Notes: a model not told the origin generated them from the sequence alone. A stretch of 64,000 nucleotides of DNA from Negaprion brevirostris (GCA_030324005.1 JARDVH010000130.1:44354274-44418273), one strand, 5' to 3'; shown: positions 35,290 through 49,338, counted from the first letter of the stretch. A program made the numbers and translations.

Positions 35290-35522
35290 ATCATAAAAAA
35301 CAGGGCAGGAGTATGGCATTGGCCTCATAGAGCCTGCTATACCACTCAATAAGATCATAGCTGATCAGACTGTGGCCTTAACAGCCCTTTCTTGCCTGTC
35401 CCCAGAACCTTTGACACTCTTGTCAATCAGAAATCAGTCTAATTCAGCGTTGAACACAGTCAATGACGCAGCCTCCACTCACTCCTCTTTGTGGTAGAGA
35501 ATTCCAACGACTAACAACTCTG
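35290..35522 (-). mobile_element. CR1 3' end, nested and antisense to the host CR1
   Basis: cataaaaaacagggcaggagtatggc...caataagatcatagctgatc...gtggtagagaattccaacgactaacaactctg. Confidence 0.75.
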
Positions 35523-36171
35523 TATCAGGGATGAGAGAGCTCAGTTTTGAAGAGAACTGGAGAAGCAGGGGTAATTCTCCTTTGAGTGGAAACAGTTAGC
35601 AGATTTGATAGAAGCGTTCAAAATCATGAATGATTTTAGTAAAGTAAAAACTGTTTCCAATGCAGAAGAGTTGGCAACCAGAGTACACAGAAGTGAGCTG
35701 ATTGGCAATAGAACCAGAGGCAATATGAGGATTTTTTTGGGCCTGGGATACAATGTCTGAAAAGGTGGTGAAAGCAAATTAAATAGTAATATTTATAAGA
35801 AAATTAGGTGAATATTTCAAGGAAAAATAAAATAATAGCAGTGGGCAAAGAGCAGGAGAATCAGATTAAATAAATAAATAGTTCTACTAAAGCCAGCATC
35901 GCCATGGTGAGTCAACTTGTCTGTTTCACCATATGGTGCTATGATGTTGGACCAAAACATTGAAATTCTATGTGCGTTTAGAGGGGCCACAAGATATAAT
36001 GTGTGTCTTAACAGGAAGCTTGCTTCATCAAATATACAACCTGGCTTTGTCCTGGAAACGGATGAACAGCCTGGGACAGACTTGGGATATGGAGAACATT
36101 GATATCTTTGAGTCTGCTTCAATAGAGAATTCTGTTGGCTTGTTTTGGGTATAAAGCTGGCATACTTTACC

Positions 36172-36582
36172 AAGTGTCAGTCTTGACTTAGTCGTAGCAC
36201 TCTGGTCTCTGGTACAAAAGATTATGGGTTCAAGCCCCATTCCTGATACTCAAAGACATTACCCTAGGCTGATCTTTCAGAACAGTCCTGAGGGAGTGTT
36301 ACATTGTTGTGGATGCTGTCATCATAATGAAATGTTAAACTGAGACCATATCTGCCCTCTCAGGTTCATGTAAAAAATCTCAAGGCACTTTTCAAAGAGT
36401 AGCAAGGGAGATAATTTGGCCGTTTATCTCATTACTGTTGGCGAGTCCTTGGTGTGCACAAATTAACTGCCACATTTTCCTACTTAGAATAGTGTTCATA
36501 TTTCAAAATTATTTGACTTTAGAGCACTTTATGATGTCATAAACTTGTGAAAAGTCCTGTACAAATGCAAGTTCTTTTTCTA
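36172..36582 (+). mobile_element. Deu-domain SINE (SacSINE1/AmnSINE1-like), full length but diverged
   Basis: tRNA-like head (gacttagtcgtagcactc...gggttcaagccc), Deu core (ctgagggagtg...atgttaaactgag...tctgccctctcagg), and L2-like tail (gtgaaaagtcctgtacaaatgcaagttcttt). Confidence 0.8.
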
Positions 36583-37163
36583 TTTTTAGTTCAGGTCAGT
36601 TTTTGTCAGGCCTGGGCAGCAGATCACAGAACTTGATGAATAAACAAGTTAATGGGTGAATTTTTTTCTCAGAGATGTGTGGTCCAAGTTATGAGAAATT
36701 ATGGTATTTTTTAAACAGATTTTTGTAAGTCAATTAAACCACTATGATTTATGACAGGCTACTTACTATTGATTCCACTTGTTTTCTATTTCTTAAAATC
36801 CTGATTTGCAGAGTTTGTGAAGAATGTTATATGTTCAACCATCAGTTTGGACTACATTCAGAAAAGTTATCAGCAACACTGAAGTATAGTTCACCCAGAT
36901 CAACGCGTGCGTAAGTTAATGATTAGATTCACAAGAAAGATGGACTTGGCGAGAAAATTTTGGAGATCAGCTGAATTGCAACAAATTCTAATGATTATGG
37001 GGAATTCTGACAGGGCAACATTGCGATCCTTGTAAATTTTCAGCTGACATCTTACATACAATTTTCTGATGCTGCCATTTCATAATCATGTCTTTCCTTA
37101 AGAACTCCACCGGATGTTGGAGAGATTCCATAATGTGAATATCTGCTGCCTTGTGGAAATAAA

Positions 37164-37515
37164 ATCATAGAAATCCTACAGTGCAGAAAGAGGCCCCTTG
37201 GCCAATTGAGTCTGCACCGACCACAATCCCACCCGGGCCCCACCCCCATATTCCCACACATTTACCCGCTAATCCCTCTAATCTATACATCTCAAGACAC
37301 TAAGGGGCAATTTTAGCATGGCCAATCAACCTAACCCACAGGTCTTTGNNNNNNNNNNNNNNNNNNNNNNNNNNNNNNNNNNNNNNNNNNNNNNNNNNNN
37401 NNNNNACGAGGAGAATGTGCAAACTCCACACAGACAGTGACCCAAGCCGGGAATCGAACCCAGGTCCCTGGAGCTGTGAAGCGGCAGTGCTAACCACTGT
37501 GCTATCATGCCGCCC
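37164..37515 (-). mobile_element. HE1-type V-SINE, full length, with an internal N gap
   Basis: Minus-strand head gggcggcatgatagcacagtggttagcactg...gggttcgattcccggc; plus-strand tail atcatagaaatcctacagtgcagaaagagg. Confidence 0.9.
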
Positions 37516-37558
37516 AAAGATCTGTGTGTTTCTTTATATGTGGCAGCATAATAGATAC

Positions 37559-37685
37559 AGGTCGGAATTTTACTGCCTTGCCTGCCACGGGAATTGGAGT
37601 GGATGAGGAGTGGATATTGGGAAGGTCCATTGACCTCCAGTGCGGTTTTATGGTTTGGGTTGAACAAAGCCGTAAAATCCCACAA
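37559..37685. mobile_element. ~125 bp MITE-like element
   Basis: ggtcggaattttac...gtaaaatcccac imperfect TIRs; similar to 34507-34625. Confidence 0.6.
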
Positions 37686-38039
37686 TCTATTGATTACGAC
37701 TGGAGTCCATTCCAAAGTTTGGATCTTCCCAACTGGATAGGTCAGTCGTGCTTTGTTTCAAAAGGTAAAATGAACAGCACAAGAGGATGTAGAGATGCTG
37801 AAGATCTGGAGCACATTTGACTTGGAATAGGCCGGAATATGAAGTGTTGAATGTTCTATGCAACTCTGAAATTTGGTGTAATATTCTTGGAGATACAACA
37901 TTTAGATGTCGCTCTTGTGAAGCAAAAGGACACAGAACAACATTGTCAAAAACAAGGCAAAGACACCACTACATAAATACCTAGTAATTCCAACATTATT
38001 TAAAGAAAGCAATGTCTGTTGAGTTGAAAAGTTACACAA

Positions 38040-38178
38040 GCATTTAAAGCGGGTTAAAGGGATTTGGGAAAAGGTAGGGAGGTGGATTTGAGACCAGGGA
38101 GAGATCAGCCATGATCTGATAGAATGGCAGTGCAGGCTCGAAGGGCTGAATTTGTCTACTTCGGCTCCTAATTCCTAC
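38040..38178 (+). mobile_element. CR1 3' tail
   Basis: agatcagccatgatctgatagaatggcagtgcaggctcgaagggctgaat...ctcctaattcctac, the reverse complement of the tail type at 24525. Confidence 0.8.
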
Positions 38179-41100
38179 AAATGCTGATTGATAGCCACAA
38201 TTCAGATATTACTCTTAACTGGTTAAAAACATTAATGCTGTTCTGCTATTAAATCATTCCAAAACTGGAACTGTATAATTACCTATGAAATAATGGATTT
38301 ATAAAATGCTTCAGAAATTAACTTCTTTACGTTTTTGCTACCTTACTTTCGTTTGGCATCAACCAATACTTTTTTAAACATGAATTAATGGTAAGTCAGG
38401 GCTGTAAAGAAAAATCAAAGTTCCAACAAACTTAATATATTATTCAACATAAAAACTGTTGCTTTTAGATCTCAATACTTCTTTCATTTTATTTTTTTTC
38501 AGTTTCTCTTTCATATATTCGTAACTTTTTTTAAACAAACTTTTCCTTTCAAATCCTTCTCTGGCTCTCGGATCTAGTTGCGAATCTTTGCAGGGCTGCC
38601 ACATTGCATTGGTTGGTTTATCAACAAACTATTCTTCAGCTGTCTTTAAAATAAGACTCATTATACACTACTTTGCCATGTTATGTAAAACGTTATTTGC
38701 TGTGTAAATTAAGGTGAGTCTTTAAAATGACAAAAAGAGAATAATCAAATCATAATCAATGTCTGTCCTTAAAGTATCCAGATTGATTCAGAGTATGCTA
38801 TATTGTACAACTGACATGAATAGCAGTTACAATGAACAGATTGTAAATAATTGCTATTAGTATAGAAACATAGAAAATAAAAAGTATTTCATTGATTAAT
38901 GACAGAATCTTTTGATATGAGCTTTGAGAATATTGATTATTTCAATATTGATTAGTATTGGCTCTCTCATTTAAAATGCATGTAAAATTCCAGTCGCTTC
39001 CCAATAGCATAAATTTAACCCACTTAATTGAATATCTTTATTTACAAATGACCCATATTTTGCCCCAAAATTAACTCCCAATGAGTTTTTTTTTGCACAA
39101 TCCATTGCCTTTTTGTCTTCAGGTCAAAAGACATTCAATCTAGGTCTTTCCTCATTTACCAAATACTGTCCAGTGAATTAAACCTACACAAGATCATTCT
39201 GCAAAGACTTCAGGAGAGAAAATACGGGAGTGAGTAACTGCGACTTAAAAGTCAGGTCAAGTCTTCAGCAATTACGTAATGAAACTGTTCTAAATTTCTT
39301 TTCAGGTTCACAAACCGCATTAATATGAGGAAGGAAAGAGAATCTGGAAGATGAATACTATTCAACAAAGTTGTTTAACTTCCTAATGCTTAATTGTGTA
39401 ATCATCACTGTTCCAGACATTATGAAATTAGATAAGAGGTATTATACGTGAACTGAAAAACAGATCTATTCTCTAAATTTTGAAGTAAATTCCAAAAGCA
39501 AGCTCACTTTCCAAAGGATAATATAGACTTCTTGCATTGGATTATTTTCCATTTACATTTTGGCATCATTTAGATGGTAAGAAATTAGCAACTAAGTTTT
39601 TTTTAAAAGTAGGAATCAAATATACAAAGACTGTATTGAAATTATACTGTATAAGCTCAGGTTCATGGTAGAGGCAAAGGCTAATTAAGTTTTCTACTAA
39701 TCACAGTTCAAAAAGCTGTACAGGCATTGGCAGTGAACCCTATATGCTACTTTAAAAAAATGTAGCCTAAACGTACTGTGGCTTGGAAAGGAACTCTAAA
39801 GAATTACCTGGGGACCTCACTTCCCTCAAAATATAGCGCCACTAATACTCTCCAGATCTGCTGGCCCCTTTTCTAACTGTGTCAAGAAAATGTTTACGTT
39901 CAGGATGGGTTCATCTGAAAGGTCAAAGAAATTTAGGAGTCTTAAGATCCAACGACAATAGTATGAAAACTTCTGCCTCAAAAACAGTGGAGGAAAAAAA
40001 ATTAAAAATCATTTACTTGCTAAGATCAATGGAAAAATTATTTCCACTGCTTTTCAATTGCTACCAGCTTGTAATTTTATAAAATCACCATCACTGTGGC
40101 AAAAGAACCATGTTTCATCTGCACTTCAAAGGCTTGTACAGTTTGAAGAAAAAAGCATGCTTACGTGCTTACAATGCATTTAAAACCTTGATGAAAATAA
40201 TGGGGACTATCTAGTGTAATTATTTGAGATTTCATCTAACAGACATTTGGCTACTAATCCAAAATACATTTACAAAACAGAAGTAAACAAAGTATAAAAA
40301 AGCCAAAGGCAGAACACAGAACTGAGGGGGCTTATCCCAAATAAGAAATGATTCAAACAAATTCAGCATTTGAATGGACAGATTTTTCACTTAATGAGAT
40401 TTTATCACCATTTTTGAAGGAACTGCAATGCTTTCCTATTCATTCACTCCCCCACACCACCCCCAATATTTTATGAAAATAATAGAATCCACTGGGACCA
40501 TATTTCCATCGAATCTTTTATCGATACTTTCCTTCCATTGCGTAACAGTGAAAGCAAAATACCATTCACAATATTTCTGAGGTCAACTGTGTGATGACAA
40601 CATCAACCATTAAAGCAAAAGTTAAATTAGGGATCATAAAGTTGAAAAAAGCAAAATGATATTAAAAAACACAACATTTGAAATTGCAATTCCTTTCTTC
40701 AAGCAGCAAAACTCACTGAAGAGACTTTTTTTTTGAAATTCTATGTTCAAGATTTTAGAACAATCCTGCATTGACAAGGCAACGATATTTTGTAAATTTA
40801 ATCCTGTTTTTAACCACCAAATGTAGCGAGTGAGCAAGATCTATGAGTTCCAGGAGGACAAGATAAGTATTATAAATGTGGACACAGGCAGGTAAATGGT
40901 GGGCAAAACTTTTAAATGGATAGCAATGCTAAGAATAAGAACTGCATCATTCTTAGAAACACATATTGAAATGAAAATATTACAAATGCTGCCAAAGTTC
41001 GAGGAAAGAGTGCGTTAAGATCTTTATGGGCAAACGAATATCCTGAATTTATCCAAAGGTATGCAGTATGGAACACTGAAGAGAGCAATTGTATATATAA

Positions 41101-41993
41101 ATAATGAAATAGAATCCATCTGAAAACAAAGGCAAGTTTTCAGCAGGAGATTCAAAAGATAACCTTTTCTATTATATTTGATTTCATTTTAATTTAAAAG
41201 TGTCTTTTTATCAAAGTCCACATATCAAAAAACAATCAAATAGGAAATTAAAGTTGAAAAGGCTTTATTATAAATTGGAGATTTTCAAACCACTCTTTAA
41301 ATGAGCTGTGCAAAACTAAAAACAAAAATTCTGTTCAACTCCCACATAGCAAACACATACCATACCAAGGTAACAATATTTTCTAAAGATGTGACTGTGT
41401 GCCTAATTTGTATTACATGATTCCACTTATCTGCTGGTTACGTGCCATCCATGTAGTGGGCTGGCATTCTTGCAGCAATCATGGTGAAAAGACCAAACAG
41501 ACTGGCGCCTGGCGTCTGGCATCTCCATGAAAAAGAAATGGCTGAATGACAATGGATGTCATCTAGTCATATTGCATGCAGCAGCATGTATTGGCATGTG
41601 AAACTGTACAGACACTGTTCTGCCTCAGACACCACCTAGCTAAAATCCACTGCAAGCTGTTGTAATTACAAACTGCAAATTGTAAACAATTAAAATTTCA
41701 GAACCATTTTAAAAAAAAAGAAAAATAAAGCTACTTCCCCTCCCTAAATCAGCCCCTTTAGTCTCCATGCCTGAAGTACATTTAGCCCCACAGCACAATA
41801 AACCCTCCCCTTGTTCCAGGCTTAACTAAAAACGTTTGAAGAAAAACAGTTTGAAATGCTTCAGCTCAGACACATCTCTAGTGAATGCAAAGAATTTATA
41901 CAAATTAATATGAGAAAATTAAGTAGGGGCCATTGTGACAAACAGTTATATCCATAACACTTGGCTTATGAAATACTACCCTTCCTTATTTTT

Positions 41994-42072
41994 GCGTGAG
42001 AGAGGAGAGTGCGAGTGTGAGCGTGAGCATGTGCATGTGCATGTGAGTGTGGTAGTGGGGAGCGAGAGCGTT
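41994..42072. repeat. Imperfect GA/GT-rich microsatellite
   Basis: gcgtgagagaggagagtgcgagtgtgagcgtgagcatgtgcatgtgcatgtgagtgtg. Confidence 0.7.
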
Positions 42073-44624
42073 GGAGTGAAATAACCTTCAATTCCCAACT
42101 TCCTTCCTTCAAATCCTTTCAATTATAAATCTGCTCAAATGCCAACTATCATAAATTCTGGCCATCACTTTAACTTTGTCAATTACTATTAAAGAGAATT
42201 TTGATTTCTAAAACTTGTGTTTTGATATTAGCTCATTTTTAAACCCCAAAAGTAACAAATCATTCTAACTTCTTCCAAACCTACTCTCCTAAGCGAGGCT
42301 ATATTTAAATATGTAGATGCCTGTTAAATGGAAATCTTTTAAATTTGTATAAGTAATTCATATTTTTAAATGGTTAGGAGTCTTTTATTTCATTGCCAAT
42401 TTCTGAACAAATGACTTTGATAATATACTCACTGCAAGTAGTTAATTTGCGTTTGTACATATTATGAGTGCATTTGCTCCTTAACATCCCGCTCTCCCAA
42501 TAAAATTTACTCCAAATGAGCTTTTGAGCCAGGCTGTTAAATTGCTGACTTACTAGAGCCTAGGAGTAACTTTCCCTCTTATTTTCTCAGCTCTACTTTA
42601 TGTCGCTACCTTACTCCCATTGTTCTCATACTACACATCTCATGCTCCAATGCACTAATTATCTCGTACATAAAACATACCTCTGTGGAACTGTCAGTGA
42701 CATATTTACAAACAAGGAAAATTACTCTTAATTTTTTTTCCTAAAAGTATGGTTTCAACTTCTCAATGTGAAGTTTTTAAAAAAAATGTACTGCAGAGGG
42801 GAAATGAGTAACTCAGATGAATTCCTTGTACTTTTTCAGTAAATTATACTTAGAAATATTTAACTTCATTCATATATAACATTTGTACCAAGTTTATTTT
42901 TGGGAGGAGCACACTACCAGACTATAGGAATGAAAGTTAAAAGAAGAGCAATTTGCAAATTGTGTCTGCACACTGTTACGATCTTATAGTTAAGAAGATA
43001 ATTGTGCAGATATGAAAAGAAAGCATTAAATTAAAATATCTTGAGCCATCTATATTAATAGAAATTTTTAAAAGTTGGGTCACAAAAACTTGATGCGAAA
43101 TGATTAGTAATTGTCCTTTTTAAGTTTCAAGCTGTGTAATAGAGTAAACAATGTGATATTCATTGCAGAAAATGTTCAAAATCAAAACATTATTGTGACT
43201 TAAAAATCTGAAACAGGCACATTTTAATTAAATGCAGTGACAGCTAAAATCAGGGACCATAAATGGTCACAAGAGTTGAGCAGTATCCAGTCTATCAAGG
43301 ACAATTTTTGTATTCTACTTCCATGTTAACTAGACATGTTGCAAGGTTGTTTCACACAGCTAAAAGTTTGCATAGATAGATAACAACAGACAGTTTGGCC
43401 CGCTGAATTACTATGTTACGCATAAATCATTATTTTCACTTTCACTGTAGTAAAGTTTTTTTTAAACACATAAGGACTTGAATTCTTGTCACTCAGAAAA
43501 CTGCCAGCTTTATATATTGATCCAAGTTTTCTCAATAACAGAAAAAAGGGAAGCAAAGTTAAATCTCTATGAGTCTATTCGGGCAAATATGTAGGGAAGA
43601 CATTAAAGATTATCTTAAGTACAAATTTAGGTAGCTGACTGGAATTATTAAATAACCAACCTCCCTAGCTTTTCCTTCTTGCAATGGGAAGTTAGAAATT
43701 GTGTTTAAAGCTACTCAACATTTCCAGTCAGCAGATGTAAACAAAGATTCACACTTCAAAATTATTTCTTAAAAAATGGATAATAAATATGACAAATGAG
43801 AAGATAATAAGTGTGGGGAAAATCAATTTTAGGCTCAAAAAAAAAAAAGCCATAAAATTATCTTCCAATTTTTAATTGCATGCGACAGGTGAATCAGACA
43901 TCACTCCCCAATTCAAAATCACATACAGTACAGTTTTGGGATCTAATTATATGTTATCTGAAGATTTGATGAAATATATTCCAAATAGTTGCTGAAGAAC
44001 TGGTGAAGGTCTCTTCACAGGGAATACAGGAAGGGAGTTCCTACAGTAATTTGCCTAGGATTTTAATCTAGTAAAGCTGTCAGTGTTATTATCGCCACCG
44101 TTTCAACATCAAAACTGCTCTACAAATAAAAAACTTATTAAATGGATACAATACCCTACATTTGATTTCAAAGAGACTCATTTCACAACCTTTACTGTGA
44201 CACCTGACATTGTACTGGCAGAAAAAATCTGTTCCTTCAGGATTTCATTATCACAATCCCGGTAAAGTCAATATAAAAGTATAGAAGTGAGATGAGGAAT
44301 TATGCTCAACTTCATTTTCTTTTTGTCACCTTGTTTTTAAAAAAGATTGACCTCCTTGTTTAAAAGTTAATGCTGATGACACCAAGGAATGAATGCTTTA
44401 CAGAAATTACTGAGTCTGATGATCTGAGGGAGGAAGTTAGTTACAATCATTAAACCATGGCAACCTCAGCTCCAACTGATGATGCTGGTGTCTTCATTCC
44501 CATTGATAAAAGCAAATATTAAAGCCAAATTTGAACTAATTTAAGTCAAATATTCAAGAATTTAACTTCAAATCCAGACTTTTTTTAAACAGTGATTTCT
44601 ATATTAAAATGCAATTATGTAGGA

Positions 44625-44885
44625 AAATATGTTAGCAACATCTCACCAACAGAAGACTCTTTTTTTTGGGTGGTGACAGTTGAGGAATGAGTGCCGTTTG
44701 AGGAAGGAATGTTGGCCAAGACATGTTGATTCTTCCCTACATAGCACCACCTCATCCAAATGATAGCACTTTTTATTATTGCAGCATTAAAATGCCAGTC
44801 CAGAATATCTGCTCCAGTCAAGGGTTGGGACTCAAACTCAACCTTCCAAAGTGAAGCAAGATCACTGTTAACTGATGCAAGCCAT
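44625..44885 (-). mobile_element. Very old Deu-type SINE remnant
   Basis: ttgaggaaggaatgttggccaagaca...cctcatccaaatgatagcac...gggactcaaactcaaccttc. Confidence 0.45.
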
Positions 44886-47800
44886 TGCACCAGGACCAAA
44901 ATAACAAAGAGCAAACTGCCCACTTGAACATTTTGGGGCCTGCCTTTCCAACATGGACAGATTTTATTATCTAATTTGTGGATGTTACCTGCTGATAATA
45001 TTAATTTCCACTAGACATCTGCGCCAGTGGTAATGGCTTATTTCTGAAATTTATGGATTACTAGTATTGTGGACAGTCTGATAGAATTGCTACTCCCTTC
45101 TAATTTACCTTTCTGAAAACAGGTGCAGTGACCAATACAGATCAAGCAATCCTTACCATGAAAATGGTTGGAATCAAGTTAATGTTCAGGTAAAATTATG
45201 AAGTTGTTAGAATGAAGTCTTGGGAAATAGAATTCAATTACTATATCGCTGAATTTCACTGCTGAGCCAGATGCTTCTTTTTTCCATTGGTGCTAAAGTT
45301 TTCAAATTAAAATTGTCAAATATTTGGCATAAAATGAATATGCTTCTAGTAAACACATTTACATCATTCTGCTCTATCTAGAAAATCATTATAGAGAGAA
45401 AAATAATATTACTGCAAAAGCTAAGAGATATCTAGCTGGATACCTGGCTTCCCTGATGAGGCACAACAGCTGCAGCGGGAGCAGTGACTACCTTTAGCTG
45501 CCACTAAACATTACTGTCTATCTGCAAGAAAGCAAACATCTTTAACTTTATCATTTTTATTGGCATTCAATAATTGTACACAATGGCAGATTACAGCATT
45601 GCAGAAGGAATCAATGGTATATAGCGCAACATTCATTCAGCCTGCTTTTCATATCACACTTTGATTTCAGAGTTTCGATGGATGTCACAGAATGGACTGG
45701 CAGAATCTGTGTTATCCATGGCTGAGTCTGAACTTGTAAATAACAAATACAGTACTGCTGTGCCCTTCTTGAATTTAATGCCAGCACAACACTGACTGCG
45801 AATCAAGCTGCTTTGCTTGACATTCTTCTTATATATCCAGCATTTGGCAGGGTGAAATGCATTTTAGTTACACACAAAGATCTACCTATTAAAACAACAG
45901 ATCAGCATTTCAGAATTAACTTCCTGAAAAATACCTATTAACTAAAACATTTATTTAGCATACAGAAAGCACACTTTGAAGGGTCGGGCTATTACCATTA
46001 GCTTGTGCTTGCTGTTAACTCAGTGCTCCTACAAATTTCAGGATATTAAATTCATTCTTGGTGTCACCTAATCACTCATCAGATTTACCTTATTGCCTTA
46101 TTCACTTTTCATGTTCAGTGCCATTCTGCAGCATGGGCCTTGGTCAATTCAATGATGGCACTGAAATAAATCACAAATTACAAAGTACAAGTCCTAAATG
46201 TACTTTTATGACAATAGTTGAAAAGCTTCATTTGTCTTATCAAACCTTTAAACATAACTGCCATGACAGCTAATATGGTTCAGCGTTTATTGATTAAAGT
46301 CAGCATGTTGTGGAAGTGGAGTGGGTGAAGATACCCAATGTAGTTTGGAATGCAGTTGCTTTCAAACATGGACCAATGTGTGGCTGTAAAGATTCAACTT
46401 CAACAGAAGTGAAAGGGAGAACAATGGAAGAGAATGAAGAAGAGTAAATGCACAAAATGACATGACAAAGATCTACAGAAAAGACTGGCAGAGACAGAAG
46501 GAGGGAAAAATGGCAAAAGAGATTGACATTAAAATAAATAATGTGACCTTTAAATCATTAGTATTTTCTCATGCAAGCATTTGTGCGATACAGAAAATAA
46601 CTTGAATTACTGAAAAATAAACTGTTCGGCTCCATCACGCATGATAGCAGCTAGGATTTGTATAATTGTACAATGTAATTGTGGTGGTGATTTGTTTTTA
46701 GTGGGAAAAACAGGAAAGGGAAGTTGTCAGAAGAATGCATGGTATCGTAGCCCCTTCTCATGCAGCCGGTGAACTCTTCCAGCAATTTGTGTTTTCATTC
46801 TATATCCATCATCTAGAAATGAAAACTCAGGAAATTTATTCTTGCTGGACAAGTTTTTGCTTTGGCATGTCAGTCACTGTTGATTCCAGAAGGAGCTGCT
46901 TTTGAGAACTTACTTAGCCCAGGATTGTAAGCAAGCTAAATTAACATACGTTGCTGAAATGACAACATCTCTGAAACATACTGGGTAAATAAAGGTATCA
47001 AGCAATGTTAATACAGTCCTCTCACGTTGTCAAGCTAGGAAATTCTGCCAAGTTGAATTTCCTGATTAGATCACCAACGTTTACTGTGAATACCAGGTGA
47101 TCAGAAAAATCATAAGATATAATTGTAACAGTTTCCTCAAAAAGTGGCGCTGAGAACAAACTCACTTTGGAAGAACAGACCAAGTGTAACAGAGTATTGG
47201 AAGGGTTAAACTCCAGCTATTTGCTGTGAACAAATGTATTCAGTAAAACAATTCTCCCAGTATTTACACAAGAACAGCTGAGCACAAATATTTTACTTTA
47301 CAGCACAGAACTGGGGTCATTAGTATAAAAGTTTACATCGACGAAAAGGCATTAGAGGCACTAAGTGAAAATACACCAAAACTAAAATACTAATTTTTAA
47401 CTGCATGTCCATGTGTTACAAATGCCAGATACAAACATTATAAAGTATTGCACAGGAACGTAACAAACCCTTTTATATAACCCCATTTAAAGATAAAGAA
47501 GAAAGTTGTCTATAAAAGAATCTTGCAAGTTGTAGCTATCTTTTATTCCAATCAAAGCTTGGGAATGCTTTTGCAGTACTATTTAAAAAATGAAGAGAGA
47601 CCAAAATTAGCATTTTCAGACTATTGCCAAGTAAGGTCAGAGTTTATAGAATTAAAATGAGAAACCGCCATACAACTATTCATTAAGTAATCCATAAGCC
47701 AATTTTAGGATTTATGGACAGCAAAAATCATCAGCTATTCAGAATGAGCAAGTAGTAATCAGATGTCATCTTCTACTTCTTCCATCTTATCCCTGCAAGC

Positions 47801-49205
47801 TAAATTCCTAATCCCAAATCACAGGCAATGCAACTGTACCTTGCAAACCTTCTATCAATAGGGAGTGACAGTACCTTTGCTTTCTGACAACCATAAAGGG
47901 TTAACTTTCGCTATTGCTGCAGATCCCCTCCACCACTGAAATAGTAATGAACTTTCCACCTTTTTTACCTTCATCTCAACGGACTCTGCATTTTTCTGAC
48001 AAAAAAGGAAAGGGAAACGAAGTGTCACATCTCTGCCAATGTAACAGCTCGTCATTAGGAGGTGCACAACTGTTTGACTACTGGTAATTTTACCTCCTCC
48101 CGAGATCTGATAACTGATTAAGCATTTTCCCATTGCAGTACATTGCTAAGTAAAAAACTATACATATAACTCTACTACCTTGTCACCAGTTACTATTTCC
48201 TCAAGAAAGAAATACCACAAACATGCATTGACACAAATAAAGGCAAGTCTATTTCACAAAATAGTTGAAAAAAATGTCATATCTATGGTGAGAAAATATT
48301 ATGTTGTCAGGTCACATAGTTCAAGCAAAAACTTCAAATTACATTTATTAAAATACAACAAAATTAATATAGGAGAATAATCCAATCTGACCGCTTTTGA
48401 TAACTTTTTATACTTGCAACTAACTCACTGACCCGTGGATATTTGGCTTGCACTTGTGATACATAAATAAGACTGAACAAAGTCAAGTAAAATTTAAGTA
48501 GACTGCTACCCACTTAAATCCATAAAGTCTTCATTTGCTTTGAAATAGAAACGCATAACATGGACAGGGAAAACCCACTGAAGCTAGTCTGTCCCGTATC
48601 GTCATGATGCCTTATGCATCATAATACAAATTCTCAGCACCCACCCAGAGCGTTGCCTTTTCCTGGGAGACTCAAGTTAAAGAGGCAGAAAGGTAATGGA
48701 AAACTGAAATATTCCTCTCTGACCCTTTGGCTAATCAAAACTAATTCATGAAATCAGGTCACAGAGAATTTACAATACAAAAACAGGCTACTTGGCTGAT
48801 TACAAGATAAAGGTGCTCTTCACGCCAACCAAACATATGCTCAGTTCTTCTCTGAAGAAATATAGCAAAGTAATGTTCACTACACGAGCCAGTAACTTCT
48901 TTTCCTAGGTCAACTGTTTTCTGGGAAAATAAAAACTGCTTAACACCAAACTTGTTCTGTTATTAACTGTTTTTAAACTTGATGTCTGCTTCCCTTAACC
49001 TATCCAATTAAAATTTTTTTTTAAATAAGAAATTGGCATGCAGTCCACACTTTTATAAGACATGCAGTCCTAGCTCTTTTAAATATATCTTGGTAGTTAA
49101 GGTTTTTAAACTGAATATAAATCTTGCCCACCCCCCCCTCTTATCTTACAAAAATCTCAGCATCCCACACAACATGAGGAAACCAATGGTATTGGACTGA
49201 AACTC

Positions 49206-49338
49206 AAAAGCAAAACACTCTGGATGCTGTAAATCTAAAACAGGAACAGAAAATGCTGGAAATACTTGGCAGATCAGAAGACATCTACTGAGAGAGTAAC
49301 AGTGCTAACATTTCAGGTCTGCGATATTTCATCAGAAC
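49206..49338 (-). mobile_element. Solo Penelope pLTR fragment with a hammerhead-like core
   Basis: aaaagcaaaacactctggatgctgtaaatct...acagaaaatgctggaaatact, as at 21211. The minus strand reads CTGATGA-aatatcgcagacct-GAAA-tgtt. Confidence 0.75.

Larger units (their letters stand above)
34915..35945 (+). mobile_element. Old CR1 LINE 3' region, split by nested insertions at 35165-35520
   Basis: LVKWADTWQ.KFN..KCEVIQL...DLG...ILGFINR (34920-35160), resuming near 35520 with ...DLIEAFKIMNDF... and a degraded tail. Confidence 0.7.
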
